Origin: Haliotis rufescens
Taxonomy: Eukaryota
NCBI RefSeq assembly: GCF_023055435.1
Contig: NW_025963902.1
Span: forward strand, 12,338,001-12,402,000
Length of the DNA: 64,000 bases
Direction of reading: 5' to 3'
Positions 13,028-25,749 of this stretch are shown one piece after another. A program made the position numbers and the translations under genes. The notes below the pieces were generated by a model, which ran no database searches, had not been told where the DNA came from, and worked only from the letters and a program-made list of their open reading frames with translations. The number at the start of each line of letters is the position of its first letter. Position 1 is the first letter of the stretch.

Positions 13028-13125
13028 CCAGGATTCGAACACGCAGTCATGGGTTCCTGGCGTGCCCAAGGGACGCAACTCTGCACAGCGAATAACAACG
13101 CCTCAAACTGGCTCACCAAAGCCCC
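13028..13125 (-). mobile_element. SINE family A head fragment
   Basis: CTGGCGTGCCCAAGGGACGCAACTCTGCAC identical to the 61357-61640 copy. Confidence 0.8.
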
Positions 13126-14542
13126 GTCATGTAACGGAACCATAGAGGATTATTCATATCAAGAATGTCACCAAAAATAATGAAGATAGAAGTATCTGAT
13201 ACACAGTGATATTGATTAAGTGATTTATCGGTTTAAGCCAAAATGTCATAAAGATAGCTACCGCATGTCTCTTGAACGCCTGTGAAACACGTCGAGATGT
13301 TTTAAAATGAACACAATTCTTTATCACGTGCTGTGCAATCCTTGGTAAGAAACACAGAGTTTGATTTTTAAAATGTCCACTTGAAATGATAGGAAGACCT
13401 TTACGTAATGTGCATCCCACTAAAGACTTACCACCATAGGTTCCCATGCGTTATTGACCTGCGACAGAGCGGTGGTAGATCACGTCTTTAATCACATCCT
13501 TCCGAGACAAGAGGATGTTCAGTTGTCGTCTTTGATTTTAACGGTCGGTAACGTTTCTTGCGCCACGTTACCCACAAGATACGCCTTGATAGCCTCAAAT
13601 AGCCACGTTTAACATTCAAAAGATTCCTCTTCTGAGATTTCAGAAATCAACCGAGGTTGTTTATGGTAGCCTGGCCAATGACGGAGCAAGATGGCTGATG
13701 GAATATGCGCGAGATATAAAAGTTTTTTTTGTGGTTTTAGATACGACTTTCCTGAGATCCTATCGATATCGAGACTGCTTATTGCTCGAACATACAATTC
13801 AGATGCACCCATTCGTGAAAATTTAGCCTTCTGTGAATGAAAGATAGGATTTCCTTTGAGTTGGTCTCGAAAGATAAAATGCACTTTTTCTGAAAACAAC
13901 GTATTCATGCGAATATGTAAAGAAAATTTATAAGAACATGTACTGCGTCAGATGCGGTTCTACTGCCAATGGAACGGTTATTGGGTTCGGGGCACTGATG
14001 ATTTAGACCAACTGAAATGTCAAACGTTTGTTCAATACACCAAGGAATAATTATGTGTCCAAAACACCCCAGTTTTGTTAAATTGACATCTACTTCACGT
14101 TGGATAGGGACACACAAACATTATTTTCAAAATATGTCAAGAGTAGATATATCTGACATATCTAATTATCCCTTTCAAATGTTTTGTAGTATAGTTTTGT
14201 TTATTGCGAGGAACAATTAAACCGTGATATACAAGAAGAATACCTGATTCTGATTGGCTTAAAAGTGATATCATTTTTCCAACTGACATCTCTTTTAAAT
14301 CAAGCCTTTTCACACAAAAACCGTGCGTATGAAACATCCACATATCGACAGCCACCGCATCGATGAATATAACAATGGCTGCCGATAACCCATTTGAATA
14401 TTTCATACTTTCGATACAAGAACAACAACTTATGAAATATGATGATATCTATTGCAGAACACACACAATTAAGTAAAACACACACACTAACCACACAAAT
14501 TTGTAACTATCACTGCCAACGTGAACACTTATTTTGGCAGTC

Positions 14543-14809
14543 GACCCGTGAAGATCCGGGGTAGAATAATAGGTCTTCAGCAACCCATGCTTGCTGTAAA
14601 AGGCGACTGTGCTTGGCGTAAGAGGCGACTAACGGGATCGGGTGGTCAGGCTCGCTGACATGGTTGATGCATGTCATCGTATTCCAGCTGTGTGGATCGA
14701 TGCTCATAATGTCAATCACTGGATTGTCTGGTCCAGACTCGATTATTTACAGACCGCCGTCATATAGCTGGAATATTGCCGAGTGCGGCGTTAAACACCA
14801 AACAAACAA
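14543..14809 (+). mobile_element. SINE family C, full length
   Basis: Starts GACCCGTGAAGATCC, ends GCGGCGTTAAAC(ACAA)n; TSD TATTTT(G/A)GCAG(T/C)C at 14530-14542 and 14810-14822. Confidence 0.93.
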
Positions 14810-17800
14810 TATTTTAGCAGCCACGGACAGCGACGAGTAACAGAAGTTAGTCAACAACTGTCAAGTTCAGCCAGGTTGAAGTTTTGGGTAAGGAGATATT
14901 CATTAAAAATATGTATTACTGTTTTGGAATTATTTCAAACTAACTGCAACTAAGTACAACTCCAACGTAACTAAAACCCGGCTATTTAATAAAGTTTGTT
15001 GTAGAAATATATTCGTTTTGCATGTTTTCCACCATTTCTACAACCTGTCACCCCTATAATAGGAGATACCATGTTGAAATGACTTGGTTGAGTCCAAAAA
15101 GAGCAAATATCGAACAGGTTGCTATGAAATTAAAAAAAGTTCGGAGGCTTATTTAACACAAACTGTGTGTGAACCGGTAAGACCGTGAGCATTAAAATTT
15201 TTAATTTTGGATTTTAGTAATATTTGTTATATTTATAACTAGCTGTGACCCCTTTTCGGAATGTTCAAATGTTCCTTTGAACCCAAGTGTAATTAGGTGT
15301 TTTAAATTAAAATAAAAGGTATCCAATCTACAGTGCGACTCCATCAAATTTTTAAAACTCATAACTCAAAACTCACATATGGTCGGTTGAATTGTACAAC
15401 CTCTCATATAGCTACAGTGGGTCAATCAAAGAGGCTGATTCATGACAGAATGTAATAATATCCCAATCTATACTCCAGTAATGAAAATCGTGATGTCTTT
15501 GATATCACAAGGAGATCTCTTTTCACCGATGGTTGTATTTCGCTGTATGCCCAGAGACAGTCTCGTCACTGAGGAGAACGCGGCTTCGTTGTGTGGACAA
15601 ATCATTTGCTGTGTCAGTAGCAGATACCGTGACGCTAGACCATTAGTCTACAACCACAAGTCGTATGACAATGCACAATGATGCATGTTATACTCGAATG
15701 ATATCGAAAATCAGCTTGTAGTAAGTAACAAGAACTACTCATCACCTGAGCCAGGGCATTCAAAGTACCATAGGACATGTAATCAATTACGTATCCGATG
15801 GGTGGATAGTAGGCAGATACTGAATATAATTGTTGGATATTAACTTAGGATGCCTGAGAGGGTTTGTAAGGCACACATTATGATTGGAGGCGTCTTCATA
15901 AATTAAACGCCTGACAGAACCCAGCTAACGCTAACCACCCCAACTCACTCATACACATGTACACGCAGGCACACGCATACTCACACATTAAAACACATGT
16001 GTACACACATATGGACGCACAAACAAATACTAATGTCGTCGTGTGTGTACTCATTCATCCCCATATCACATATATAGGTTTTAGGCCAGGAAGGCACTGA
16101 GTTGTTTATAAACTATTCTATTAACAAAAGCCAGCTGACCTCGTCCACCCCAACATACACACACACAGAGGCAAACACATGTTTAGGAGGTCAAGACATG
16201 TGATCAATCATGGTCGCCTGGCTCCACTATGTATAAACACCTAAAATGAATACAATCTAGTACACATTAGGAGCCACTGCATACTATCCCTTTATGAGTT
16301 GTGGTATAAATCCTTCAGCAGTAGTTCCAAACGTAAAGAAAAGAGAATGGCACAACTCCCGTGCCATTCAGTACATGTGCCGTATACAGATCGTTACCCG
16401 AGATCAGAACATAAGTGACGAGCTCTATGAAACCATACAGTGTTTATTGGCTTCCCCGGAGGGCTTGGCCCTGGGAATATAATAGTAATTACTATAATAT
16501 TAGTGTTATTATTTTCCAGGGTTTTCTTTCAAACAAACAGTGTGGTCAATAAAACAGAGCTGACTGACAACGTCGCACCGAGGGTTTACTGTGACCTTTG
16601 TAAACTAGTTCCTGTAAATAACACGGCGTGAGGGATTACTCATGGTGTCATATTGACGAACAAATCTGTCACGATTCTTGGAGTGTCAGAGCAGATACAG
16701 GAACACAAACACCAAGGGAAAACTTCATTTTCCTGTGTAGTCGAAGTCAGTTAGCTCGATCTGCATCCCACCTTTTGTTTCATGGGCTTATACTAGATTT
16801 GACCTTGGGTTAGGATTCCGTACTAATGCAACGGAAACAGTTCAGATGACCAGCGTGTTCATCTTCATCAAAGGAACCAGCGTGGTCATCTTCATCAAAG
16901 TAGACAGCATTCTTCTCTGATACCTATTTAGACAATACCCGTGATGAACCGCAAGCTACTGAAGAACCTCATTGGTTTTATGTTGGTTTTGCGTTGTCTT
17001 CAGTCGATTGTCTTCTTCAATGGCAAGAGTTCAGAACTTTTGACACGGAAGTAATCTGTCTTGGAAGTCTTACAAGGACAATTGCTGTCTCTTGGCGTTC
17101 GTTGTATCCTGGTTATTAAAGTCAGGGGAGTGAGTGAATATTGGTTTACGCTCCAAGTATCAATATTTCAACTATATTCTGACTATAAAGTGACCAAACC
17201 AGTGACTGATAGAATGACACATAGTCAGGCCCATTGTACCTGTTTGATGTTCTTTAGACGGTTTAGCACAAGATAATACAAACAAAACTAAAGACGCTCC
17301 ATGTTCAGAAATATTTTAAAAAATTGAACATGTTAATTATTTACACATGTTAATTTTCTACACGGCCTAGAGACAAAACTGCGTACGTTTGAGTTTTGTT
17401 CTGGTTTTGTAGCGAGAACCAAGTCCCTCACATGTGGTTTATTCCTAAACCTGTTCAGCTAAAACATGCAAAACTTAGAACAGATCTAGCATGTTCAATA
17501 CACAAACACATTTTGTAAAGTGTAAGATAGCTCATGAGACTAGTACACATACGTTCCAAGAGAAACTGTCAACTTCTATTCCAGATAATACATTGATGGA
17601 TGATGAACCACGCAGAAGGTTCAACTCTGTTGATAATACCAGAAACTGACTTACTCCTACGCTCCAGTCATCTGTAATAACAGTCCAAGCATCACTATTG
17701 GGAAAGCGAGTGCTTTGCAGGTAATCCAATCTACTTTACATATATGACTATCAAAACATTGACATATACTCCAGCAAAGCGATGACTTAAAGTGACACTC

Positions 17801-18179
17801 GAGTCAGTCGGCTGCCGAACAAAGTTTGAATAAAAACCTTTAAACAACCTTTTACCCGTCTGTTAACAGAAGTTTTATTATTCAGATCTATTAATACACA
17901 CTTACCCTCATTACCTAGAAATAATGCCTCAATTTCATAGAAGGCACACATTCTTACGACTAAGCCTATACTGAAAGTGCCTCCATTTCACAGAAGACAC
18001 AAGGTTTAACACCTAGACTTACACCTACTATTGTATGTGTCGTGATGTTTCTCAATGTAATTCAACATTTCATCTTGATATTTAGCTTGTAAATATAAAT
18101 TGTCAATGCAAGATAATAACCAGCCTAGATTTCCAAAAATGATTCCATTTGGCATAAAGAGCAAAATAGCTGTGGAAAT

Positions 18180-18645
18180 TCTATGAATAGACCACTGAAA
18201 ATCAGTGATGACACCAGGTGTTCGTGAGGTGAGGTGAGGTGAAATGGGGTTTAACGTCGCGTCCAAGATTATTGCACTTATATAGCGACGTGCATGCACG
18301 TGTATGTGTGTGTGTGGCTGCTTGTACTAGTCCGGACTAATGCCGATTTATAGTGCTAGCTCACTGAGATACCATGCCGCAGTTTAACATGAATACCCCA
18401 CTCAGACACAGTATACTGACTCCGAGCCGACCAGTCCTTGTTTTAGCCCCTTAATGCCTAGCGCCAGACAGGGTAACAACAAGTACAATCTTTTAACGTC
18501 TTTTTGTATGACGCGGCCCGGGATCGAACCCTGGAACTTCCGCTCTCCGGGCGGACGCTCTACCACAAGACCACGGAGGCGGTCTCAGGTGTTCGTGAGA
18601 AGGGTAAGCATGTCCTGCCCTACCGGTAGCACCCTCCGTTCATAC
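18180..18645 (-). mobile_element. Penelope-like 3' motif split by a SINE B insertion
   Basis: Removing the SINE rejoins GGGTGCTACCGGTAGGGCAGGACATGCTTACCCTTCTCACGAACACCTGGTGTCATCACTGA. Confidence 0.65.
18229..18585 (-). mobile_element. SINE family B, full length
   Basis: TSD CAGGTGTTCGTGAG at 18215-18228 and 18586-18599. Confidence 0.95.
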
Positions 18646-19942
18646 AATTGGCATAAAATAGTAAGAATATATTGACAGACGCCATACAGCAGTACTCCTG
18701 TATTTCCTGAGAAACGAAATGGTGATGTAGATACCATTTACTACTTACACAAATCATTTAGATGCTCCAGGGGTACCCATAGTAGGTTGCCAACTATTGA
18801 CTAGTATATTGACTTTACATGATTATTTTAACCCCTTAATTGTGTTCTGGAGAGGAAGGATGTGGATGACTACAAGGTAATGTGGGCTACGTGAGCATCT
18901 CAAGATGACCAGGGAGGTACTCAACCGAAGTGGAAATAACCATCACACGTATCAGGGAAGCAGAAATGTATTGCAAATGTAATTGATCTCAGTCATCAAT
19001 GATATCGATAAATCACCACTATGGATCAATGATTACACACGGGTAGTAATCAGTTTTGACATATCTACCTTCTACTCACAGAGTGATGTAGACTAATACC
19101 CATTTAATCCCATATCAACATCAGTACGAAGTTGTCAAAGGCTAAAGGTTTTGTATTATATTTGAAATTAAACGTAAATGCAATTAACGTCCTAGCTTCA
19201 AGACTGGGAAGATGTTTGTAATCTATAAACCGATCGTTAGTCATTCTGATTTAGGATTGCTGATGCAAATAAAACGCAACAGGCATTATCTAAAAGTAGT
19301 GCTATCACTTTTGACTTGTGGAATTGACATGGTAATCATTCTTGACAAAAACCAACAAAATGGGATTAATTTCGTACAAGTCAATATTTGTGGTTCCAGC
19401 CGATGACCATTAAGCGGTCTTCAGGAATGGGGTAATCAGAAACTGGTGCTAAAATAGCCACAGTTAGCAAACTGGTTTAGTCCGTTTCTGTGGTGTTTTG
19501 CGAGGGGTCAGTGGATTTGTTTATATCTAACTAGCAGCTACTGGCATCGAATGTAGATAAATATTCCATAAAACTGACAGTTGGATTTGATATTTAGATT
19601 TATAAAAATAATAAATATAATAAACTGCCGGGGAAAAAGAAAGTATACTTCCATCCTTGATGGTGACGTAAAATGGAACGAACAGGAAATGATCATTTGA
19701 TGGTGATGCATTTTATATGGGTATCTAGGCGATGTGACATGCGAGATATCAATGAGTATCTCACACAAGGGGTTGTCGTAGTTACGTTAAATTAAGGTTT
19801 GTAATGGTTTGGTTAAATCCATTTTTCAAGCGTATACTTTCTTTACCCCGCCAGTTCAGAGAAACAAGGTGAAAGCTGATCCCCAGGAATAGTAAATGAT
19901 TCTTTCTGCATGGTTTTACACCATCCCTATGTACGTACTCAC

Positions 19943-20053
19943 TGTCGGATGGAATCTTGGACCTTGTTCTGCTTCCATGGGTTTTTTATTTTTCTGTATC
20001 TGAGTTGACATTTCTATAACAGAGTTGACATTTCTATAACAGAGTTGACATTT
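19943..20053 (-). CDS. candidate internal exon (...EMSTQIQKNKKPMEAEQGPRFHPT), product unknown
   Basis: Donor ACA/GTGAGT; three GTTATAG acceptors within a 20-bp x3 repeat (20002-20063); open frame. Confidence 0.25.
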
Positions 20054-20172
20054 CTATAACAGAAACATGCCGTTGCTGATTAATATTTCGCCTGTCTACT
20101 ACCCGTAAGGACCAGACCCAAGGGTTCACACAGATTATTGTTATTGTTCATGTTTACGTCTTCTTTGATTTG

Positions 20173-20508
20173 AGACCGCCTCCGTGGTCTAGTGGTAGAG
20201 CGTCCGCCCGGAGAGCGGAAGGTCCGGGGTTCGATCCCCGACCGCGTCATACCAAAAGACGTTAAAATATGGTACTTGAACAGACCGCCTCCGTGGTCGA
20301 GTGGTAGAGGGTCCGCCTGGAGAGCGGAAGGTTCGATCCCCGGCCGCGTCATACCAAAAAGCCGTTAGCATTAAGGGGCTAAAACAAGGACTGGTCGGCT
20401 CGGAGTCAGTATACTGTGTCTGAGTGGGGTATTCATGTTAAACTGCGGCATGGTATCTCAGTGAGCTAGCACTATAAATCGGCATCAGTACGGACTAGTG
20501 CAAGCAGC

Positions 20509-20541
<33 letters not shown>

Positions 20542-20605
20542 ATGCACGTCGCCATATAAGTGCAATAATCTTGGACGCGACGTTAAACCCCATTTCACCT
20601 CACCA
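20173..20605 (+). mobile_element. SINE family B with duplicated tRNA head
   Basis: Heads at about 20173 and 20282; flanking TTGATTTGA duplication. Confidence 0.92.
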
Positions 20606-20669
20606 CATCCTTGATTTGAAAATATCCCTTCCACATATCGCCGAGTTTGTTAACACTGACCAAGAGGGA

Positions 20670-20760
20670 ATATTCTAGTTGTATAATGGCGACCTGCAAA
20701 TAACAGAGTCTGGACAAGAAATACCAGTGATTGATGGCCAGAGCGACGATTTCCTTCGAC
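20670..20760 (-). mobile_element. SINE family C, degenerate 3' fragment
   Basis: Reverse strand reads ATCAATCACTGG..TCCAGACTC..TTATTTGCAG. Confidence 0.55.
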
Positions 20761-21389
20761 CATCGAGAAAGTCCTTCGTCGTAAAGATTATCTTTAATAT
20801 GCGTTGCAGTATTATTCCAGAAAGTACATCTAAGAATCAAGGCGCTTTGAAACATATCGATTGGCTTTCCTCGTGAAAATACTACATGATGTATTATTAA
20901 TCAAAATGTTTACTGATACATAACTCTATACTTTTGTCAACGATTACCTGAATTAATACAATTTCATTTGTCCTGCACTCATTTGTCTAGACACTGATCA
21001 ATATTGACATTGTAGCGAAGTAGGCTGTCCTTTGAAAACATTATCAGTATAATTAGGTGGAAATTGACTGGTGGAGTTGCAGTATACACACTTGGTCGCC
21101 CTGAGAAGCGAACAATGTAAAGAGATCGGTTTTAACTGTTTGCAATTACTCTATGCATTGATTACTAACCCGGTTGTGTTGCTTGAAAAGAAAGGAAATA
21201 TAAAATTCATGGTACCTAATTGTGATCGAAAAAACCGTTAATCTCAAGAATGTGTATGTAAGCGAAGAAAACACCTTTGATCTCAAGAGTGAGTGAGTGA
21301 GTGAGTGAGTGAGTGAAGTACAGTGGTTACAAGAGTTCGCTACGGTTGGGAACCGAACCGTAGCACCTCTTGTTACCACTAGACTTCAC

Positions 21390-21495
21390 TCATGGGCAAT
21401 AAAGGGTGAAGCCCATTTCTGGTATCCCCCGCTGTGATATTTCTAGCATATTCCCCAAAAGCAGCATAAAACAACACTCACACTTTCTTACTCAC
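21390..21495 (+). mobile_element. SINE family E, 5' truncated
   Basis: GTGAAGCCCATTTCTGGTATCCCCCGCTGTGATAT plus tail. Confidence 0.75.
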
Positions 21496-21541
21496 TATTG
21501 AACATTACACTTTTCCCTTTATATGCATACACTGGTTTGGA

Positions 21542-21893
21542 ACCGCCTCCGTGGTCTAGTTGTAGAGCGTCCGCCCGGATAGCGGAAGGTCCGGGGTTCC
21601 ATCCCCGGCCGCGTCATACCAAAAGACGTTAAAAGATGGTACTTGTTGTTTTCCTGTCTGACGCTCGGCATTAAGGGGCTAAAACAAGGACTGGACGGCT
21701 CGGAGTCAGTATACTGTGTCTGAGTGGGGTATTCATGTTAAACTGCGGCATGGTATCTCAGTGAGCTAGCACTATAAATCGGCATCGGTCCGGACTAGTA
21801 CAAGCAGCCACACACACACACGTACATACACGTCGCTATATAAGTGCAATAATCTTGGACGCGACGTTAAACCCATTTCCACCTCACCTACCC
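21542..21893 (+). mobile_element. SINE family B, full length
   Basis: 16-bp TSD CATACACTGGTTTGGA at 21526-21541 and 21894-21909. Confidence 0.95.
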
Positions 21894-22939
21894 CATACAC
21901 TGGTTTGGACTCATTTCGTGCTCGTTACAGTTTTCCCTTGATATATTGGTGAGGCACAGAATGAAGTATGACTTCCTCAAGAAAATGTCATAACAGTTAA
22001 GAACAAGTCTTACGTTGATTCATGACATTGCAGTCAGGAGCAAATTAATTAATTCCAGTGAATGATTCCGAGTTCCATTAACCTCAGTATATCCAAGTGT
22101 AATATGTCTGCAACGTTACATACAAATTAGAATCTACTCACCGTTGAGTTTGTATTAACTGTTTTTCATGTCTGCACTTTAACAGATATTTTACATCATT
22201 AACTACAGATGATCAACAGTCGACATAGGAAATATGGATCAGTCGTAGATCAAACTAGCTTTATTCTGCTTTCCTGAACACTTTGAAAACGCCAGAAAAA
22301 TGATCTAACCATTGCGCGCCATCGACCTGGTCAGATATGACTAACGAGATACGTTCCTCTAAGAAAGGCATGACGGCACAAATTAACAACCAAGGCTTAA
22401 CTGCGTTCCTTGTGAGAAAACCTAAATCATTGTTGTGGAGTATTTTGGAAGATCAAATACAAAGTCACATTGAAGGACCAGCGTTGTGAAAATCATTAAG
22501 AAATTGATTAATCATGAAAAACAGACATGTTTATTCATAAAGGGAGCGATAAACCAAGAGAGGTTAACAGTTAATTGATGTGAAACTCCTTGGCCTTTCA
22601 CTATGGTATTCCCTTCATCTTCGGTCCAAGTAATTCACTGGTGTTTAACCTTTTGTGTTGTCGAATCCTCTGATTTGGGTTATTTTAGTTTGATTTTATG
22701 CTTCTTTTGAAAAATGCTTTGGGCCGTGATCTCACAATTACACTAGGAAAGCGAATAGGGACACCAGCAGTCAGAATCTTAACGCGGGCTCATTAAGAAT
22801 GTGACTCGTATCTTGCAAAAATGGGTCTAGTGGTTTATGGCTGAATAATAAAATGTAAAATGTCATGCTGGATACATTAAACGATATTAATAAAGATTTG
22901 GATGATAGTAGTGAGATGTTAATTATGTGTTGAGCCTGG

Positions 22940-23160
22940 TTTGTTTGTTTGTTGTTTAAAGCCGCACTAAGCACAATTCCAGCAATACGATGGCGGTCTG
23001 TAAATATTCGCGTCTGGACCAGACAATTCAGTGATTGACATCATGAACATCGATCTACGCAATTGGAATACGACAACATGCATGAACCAAGTCAGCGAGT
23101 ATGACCACCCGATCCCGTTAGTCGCCTCTTACGTCAAGCTTGGGTTGCTGAAGGTCAGAC
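22940..23160 (-). mobile_element. SINE family C, slightly 5' truncated
   Basis: TSD GTTGAGCCTGG at 22929-22939 and 23161-23171. Confidence 0.92.
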
Positions 23161-24226
23161 GTTGAGCCTGGCAGCAAACGGGAACCAGAAATATTTATCA
23201 CATTTTGAAAGTACGGGGACTCGTTTCGAAATGCAATGGCTAATTACAAACATGGCTAATATCTAAACATATGCCTAATGGTTCAAACCTGATTGGTAAA
23301 AGGTGTCTAATTATACAAAGTACACTAAACTCGGGAGCAGCAAAAAGTGTACCGAAATTGTAAAGAAAGAACTGTTGTCAAATTTGATTATGTCAATTTA
23401 AACCATCACTCATTTCTGCAACAGTTTGTAAAACGTAATCTAAATTATATTGGTTCAATAACGTTTGGGGTAAGAAATGGGTTTGCAACCACATGACCTC
23501 TACCATGTTTGAAATATTGTAAATTTGTGTAAAAACATTATTTTTACAAAAATACCCATCATCGGTTGTGTATTATGCGATTTCTAAGATGTTCAACTCA
23601 AAATATATTTATAATAATACATAAACCACCTAGAAGTATTCTTTGAGTTATAGTTAAATTGTTTGGATATAATATATTGGACGTGAGTAGGGTTTTAGAC
23701 GATCTTAATCGATGAGTACAAACATGAACGATGGTGGTAGGTGTACGAATCGTGTTCAGTTGTATTTAGCCTGAAATGTAAGGCTAGGCACGACTGTGAC
23801 ATTTCCTTGTGAGGTCTTGTCATCAGCAATCACCATGCGCATTGTCTCAGGCTATAGAAGTTGACACAGGCAACTCATAAGCAATATGTTCATTTTGTCC
23901 AATTACTCGCTTTGCGTGAAATGTAACCATTTTGAAAATTGATTTTCAGTTACGTCAGATATGACCTTATCGTATTACCAAATGTAAATTTACAGCTTTG
24001 ATCGATTGCGTTGCTTCTGAGGAACTTGCAAATGTTTCCTATATTCTGCGTTACTGTCGGTATTCACGAATACCAGTTTCCTTCCTGCCATATTATTTTA
24101 GAGAATGCATTAATCACATTTTGTATGACCTGGATACGCAAAGTATTTCAAATTAAAACAGAATAAACCGTCAGTGAGGATTATTAGAAAATATTACGAT
24201 GGAACTTAAAGACAACGATTACTCAC

Positions 24227-24235
24227 CGACCACTG
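24227..24235 (-). other. candidate 9-nt microexon
   Basis: Minus strand CTAACCCCTTTCATTTTAG/CAGTGGTCG/GTGAGT: branch point, pyrimidine tract, acceptor and consensus donor. Confidence 0.35.
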
Positions 24236-24274
24236 CTAAAATGAAAGGGGTTAGAGGTAGCCGTTGAGCAATGG

Positions 24275-24935
24275 TGTTTGCAGAAATGTGTATAACGTGT
24301 AAAGCACGGATCTAGTGCTTGCAGAAATGTGTATAACGTGTAAAGCACGGATCTAGTGCTTGCAGAAATGTGTATAACGTGTAAAGCATGGATCTAGTGC
24401 TTGCAGAAATGTGTATAACGTGTAAAGCACGGATCTAGTGCTTGCAGAAATGTGTATAACGTGTAAAGCATGGATCTAGTGCTTGCAGAAATGTGTATAA
24501 CGTGTAAAGCACGGATCTAGTGCTTGCAGAAATGTGTATAACGTGTAAAGCACGGATCTTGTTTGCAGAAATGTGTATAACGTGTAAAGCACGGATCTTG
24601 TTTGCAGAAATGTGTATACCGTGAAAAGCTCGGATCTATTGTTTTTAGAAATATTTGAATGGTAAAAAGCACGGATCTATTATTTGTAGAAATATGTATA
24701 TCGTAAAAAGCACGGATCTATTATTTGCAGAAATATGTATATCGTAAAAAGCACGGATCTATTGTTTGTAGAAATATGTATATCGTGTTCAGCGCGGATC
24801 TCGTTTTTGTAAAATGTGTATATCATGAAAAGCGCAGATCTGCTGTTTGCAGAAATGTGTACATCGTGTAAAAACATTGATCTGTTGTTTGCAGAAATGT
24901 GTATATCGTAGAAAGCATGCATCTGTTGTTTGTAA
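24275..24935. repeat. 41-bp minisatellite, about 16 units
   Basis: GCTTGCAGAAATGTGTATAACGTGTAAAGCACGGATCTAGT, period 41 (24481 to 24522). Confidence 0.97.
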
Positions 24936-25749
24936 AATCCAATGCACAAACATTACGGAGATCATGACTGTGATTTAAATCTGTCAGCGAACAGGAACGG
25001 CATCGAATGACCAGACACATTAAGGAATATTGATTTCACACGCCACACAACCGTCAATAAGATCAGTTTGATAGTGACAGTAAACTTACACCAGATCTAA
25101 CTTAATAGATTCTACTGACAAGAGGTCAGACAGGGTTGACTGGTTGACTTTAAACAATGTTAATTCCAAGGGTCAGTGCCTGTAGAATCAATATCCTACA
25201 CCAAACGTAAAAACAAACTGATTGAAAACCTGATTGATGTCTCTTTTTTCAACACGTTTCTCATCTGCCGTGTATGATGATATAGCATATTAACAGCATG
25301 CTGCAGTGTTTATGGCATTTCATCTGTTCTCTAGTTGGGGATAACTATGAGTTACATATCACTTTGGCCGCTAAGAGACACATATTTGTCAAAAGTTTAA
25401 ACAAATATACGACAGACTCCGACTACTTTGTCAAAATACGTATTGGTATATACAAAGAAGAAACAAGTAACTTCACCAAATGTTTTCCCTCTATCCATCA
25501 ATCCATTTTAAACGTTCTTTATTTATTCCATTTATTATATATTTTGCTAATCTAAAACATCTGCAGCTTCATTGTAACCATCATCATTGAAATACACTAA
25601 GTGGTAATTCGTCAATTAAAAAATGAAAATACAAAGTTTAAAAAACAAACAAAATATGAGGAAGGTGATGATTCTATATAGGTTTTCTGTATACGTCGGG
25701 GGGCGTTGGTCTCACCTCTTTGATATACGAGATCCCCGTCTTTGTAGTA

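Noticed and set aside
16810-17110. Possible minus-strand exon with a 27-bp duplication (FDEDDHAG x2)
   Set aside because: Weak acceptor, early stops in all frames, no recognisable family.
17532-17729. 65-aa protein-like ORF
   Set aside because: No motif or convincing splice pair.
24275-24935. CRISPR-like regular repeats (also 55995-56985)
   Set aside because: Head-to-tail monomers with no unique spacers, no cas genes, eukaryotic context.
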